Source: Thermoanaerobaculia bacterium
GTDB taxonomy: Bacteria > Acidobacteriota > Thermoanaerobaculia > Multivoradales > Multivoraceae
Direction: 5' to 3'
Length of the DNA: 64,000 nucleotides
Assembly: GCA_022823665.1 (NCBI GenBank)
Contig: JAJEHN010000037.1
Location: 115,439-179,438, forward strand
In this document: positions 62,462-64,000 of the stretch, piece by piece
How the letters are laid out: every line of letters starts with the position of its first letter
Position numbering within the stretch: position 1 is the first letter of the stretch
The notes under the pieces: model-generated
What the model saw: only the letters and a program-made list of their open reading frames with translations
The model's database searches: none
What the model was told of the DNA's origin: nothing
Translations under genes and position numbers: made by a program

Positions 62462-64000
62462 GGCGAGTGGAGCACGTAGCGGATCAGGTCCTGGACTTCG
62501 GATGGCTGGAGGGTGCTGAGCAGGCCGCTCGGCATGGGCGAGAGAGACGACTCGTCGAGACTCTCGATCTCCTCGCGTGGAATCGTCTCGACGTGGTTCG
62601 GGTCCAGCGGGTTCGAGCGGATGCGCACTGCTTCGTCGTTCGATTCGACCAGCAGACCGGAGTAGAAGCGGCCGTCGCGGGTCTCCACCAGGCTCGTGCG
62701 GTAGTCCTCGGCCACCTCGTCGGAGGGCTCCAGGATGTGCCGCAGGGTGTCCAGCGCGCCGAGGCGCTCGCGCACGTCGTCGAGGGCCGGGCCGATCTCG
62801 CCGCCGGCGCCGCCGAGCTGGTGGCAGGTGGCGCAGCCGGCCTCGAGGAAGAGCAGCCGGCCGCGCTCGAGCTCCTCGTCGCTTGCCGGCGGCGCGGCGT
62901 CCAGGGGAGCGACGTCGGTCTCCAGCATCTCGTACTTCCAGTCGGCGACGAAGGCGCGCTGTGGAACGTCCGGGGCGAGCCGGGGGGCGGCGTAGCGGGT
63001 GATCGCCGAGCCGTCGAGCCGTTCTACGACCCGCATCGTGCCCTTCATCAGGATCCAGTGGCCGGGGAAGGTGCAGACGAAGGGATAGAGGCCGGGTTCC
63101 CTTGGGGCGTTGAAGCTCAGAACCTCCGTTTCGCCCGGCTGGACCAGGCCGGTGCGGAACAGGACCAGGCGCGTCTTCGGGACGTAGCCGGAGGCCTCGG
63201 CCCCGGCCGGGTTGCGCTCCGCCTCGGCGTCGGCGGCGCGGCCGACTTCTTCCAGTGCCCCTGGCCTCGTCACGACGACGTTGTGGGGCATCACGTCGAT
63301 GTTCTCGAAGGTGATCTCGACCGGCCCGCCGGCGCGCACCGTGAACTCCTCGAGGTCGAACAGCATCTGGTGGGGGACGGGTCGGAGCGTGACGATCGCG
63401 GCGCCGAGGTTCACGATCTCTTCCCGGAGGTCGCCGCCGCCCTCGCCGCCGCTGCGATCGATCCGCCGGTCGGCGAGGCGCAGGCCCAGGTCGTGGATGC
63501 GCCGGTAGCGCGGCGAGGTCAGTTCGCGGGGCGGCGCGTCGCGGAGGGCGGCCAGGATCGGACCGGCGAGCGCGTCCTCATCGCCGGCCGCGGGCCAGGC
63601 GTCGGAGGCCTCGGCGGTCAGTTGGCCGAGGCCTTCGAGCGCCGCCAGCCCGATCGCGGGATCGGAGACGAGGTCGGCCAGTCTCCGGAAACTGCGGCCG
63701 GCGTCCCGGGTGATGCCCGCAAGCGTTCGCACCGCCGCGTCGAGCACGCTCCGGTCGCGCCTCTGGCGGTCGTCGAACAGGGATGAGACGTCAGTGTAGG
63801 CCTCCGTCCGGAGCGCGGCCGGCAGGTGGTCTATGGCGCGCAGCCAGTCGATCAACTGGTCCTCGGTCCGCCGGCGGGGCAGGACGTTGCCCGTCGACGG
63901 GTCGCCGGCGGCGACGATCAACGCGGCGATGGCGGCGCTCCGTGTGCGTCGCTGGACGCCGTTACCGGCCAGCGCTTCGAACTCGCTGCTGGCGGCGAGC
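62458..64000 (-). CDS. cupredoxin (plastocyanin/azurin-like) + cytochrome c domain protein, probably extending beyond window end
   Basis: Type-1 copper ligands ...MPHN...CTFPGHWILMKGTM. Heme site CATCHQ. 4-bp overlap with the PQQ dehydrogenase start. N-terminal helical repeats suggest the real start is beyond 64000. Confidence 0.65.
   Translation of the reverse strand, partial: LAASSEFEALAGNGVQRRTRSAAIAALIVAAGDPSTGNVLPRRRTEDQLIDWLRAIDHLPAALRTEAYTDVSSLFDDRQRRDRSVLDAAVRTLAGITRDAGRSFRRLADLVSDPAIGLAALEGLGQLTAEASDAWPAAGDEDALAGPILAALRDAPPRELTSPRYRRIHDLGLRLADRRIDRSGGEGGGDLREEIVNLGAAIVTLRPVPHQMLFDLEEFTVRAGGPVEITFENIDVMPHNVVVTRPGALEEVGRAADAEAERNPAGAEASGYVPKTRLVLFRTGLVQPGETEVLSFNAPREPGLYPFVCTFPGHWILMKGTMRVVERLDGSAITRYAAPRLAPDVPQRAFVADWKYEMLETDVAPLDAAPPASDEELERGRLLFLEAGCATCHQLGGAGGEIGPALDDVRERLGALDTLRHILEPSDEVAEDYRTSLVETRDGRFYSGLLVESNDEAVRIRSNPLDPNHVETIPREEIESLDESSLSPMPSGLLSTLQPSEVQDLIRYVLHSP

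Overview
The window is a high-GC (roughly 65-72% by eye) bacterial chromosomal segment, densely coding on both strands. I support about 50 protein-coding genes; no rRNA, tRNA, CRISPR array, integrase or transposase was seen. Gene assignments rest on motif-level recognition from the six-frame ORF track with starts verified by hand; no database search was run. The ORF track contains many long shadow ORFs, typical of GC-rich DNA, and these were ignored.

Gene blocks, left to right:
- (1) The 3' part of a DEAD-box helicase, then MscS, a DUF423 membrane protein, pruA (P5C dehydrogenase) and fprA.
- (2) A secreted protein with two tandem Ig-like repeats and a C-terminal beta-barrel.
- (3) rocD (ornithine aminotransferase) translationally coupled to a YdbS/YdbT-like PH-domain membrane pair, then an Fpg/Nei glycosylase and TatD.
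- (4) An M23 peptidase, divergent from a long co-directional cluster: amidase, secreted protein, HTH regulator, polyprenyl synthase, menG, menF, menD, menH, menB, menA, menE, plus an appended ATP-grasp-like gene. menC is absent.
- (5) A serine hydrolase-apaH operon, a TolB-propeller/M28/PDZ protease, and a Na+/solute symporter preceded by a coupled micro-ORF.
- (6) A defence island at 34.3-47.1 kb: higBA, then on the minus strand an SNF2 helicase with a C-terminal nuclease-like domain, a GmrSD-type (DUF262/DUF1524) enzyme fused to an AlbA_2/Schlafen domain, a 212-aa unknown, a DUF1156 methyltransferase and a DUF499 (BrxC/PglY-like) ATPase.
- (7) An M14 carboxypeptidase, a GldA/F/G-like ABC system with a DUF4340-like gene, a VOC protein, a TonB-dependent receptor, a TlpA-like thioredoxin and a TPR protein.
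- (8) A PQQ dehydrogenase with a Calx-beta domain, and an upstream cupredoxin/cytochrome-c protein that runs off the window.

The most interesting features are the five-gene BREX-related helicase/type-IV-nuclease/methylase/ATPase cassette, a conserved twin-hairpin repeat present at two convergent gene junctions, and the ATP-grasp gene coupled to the menaquinone operon.
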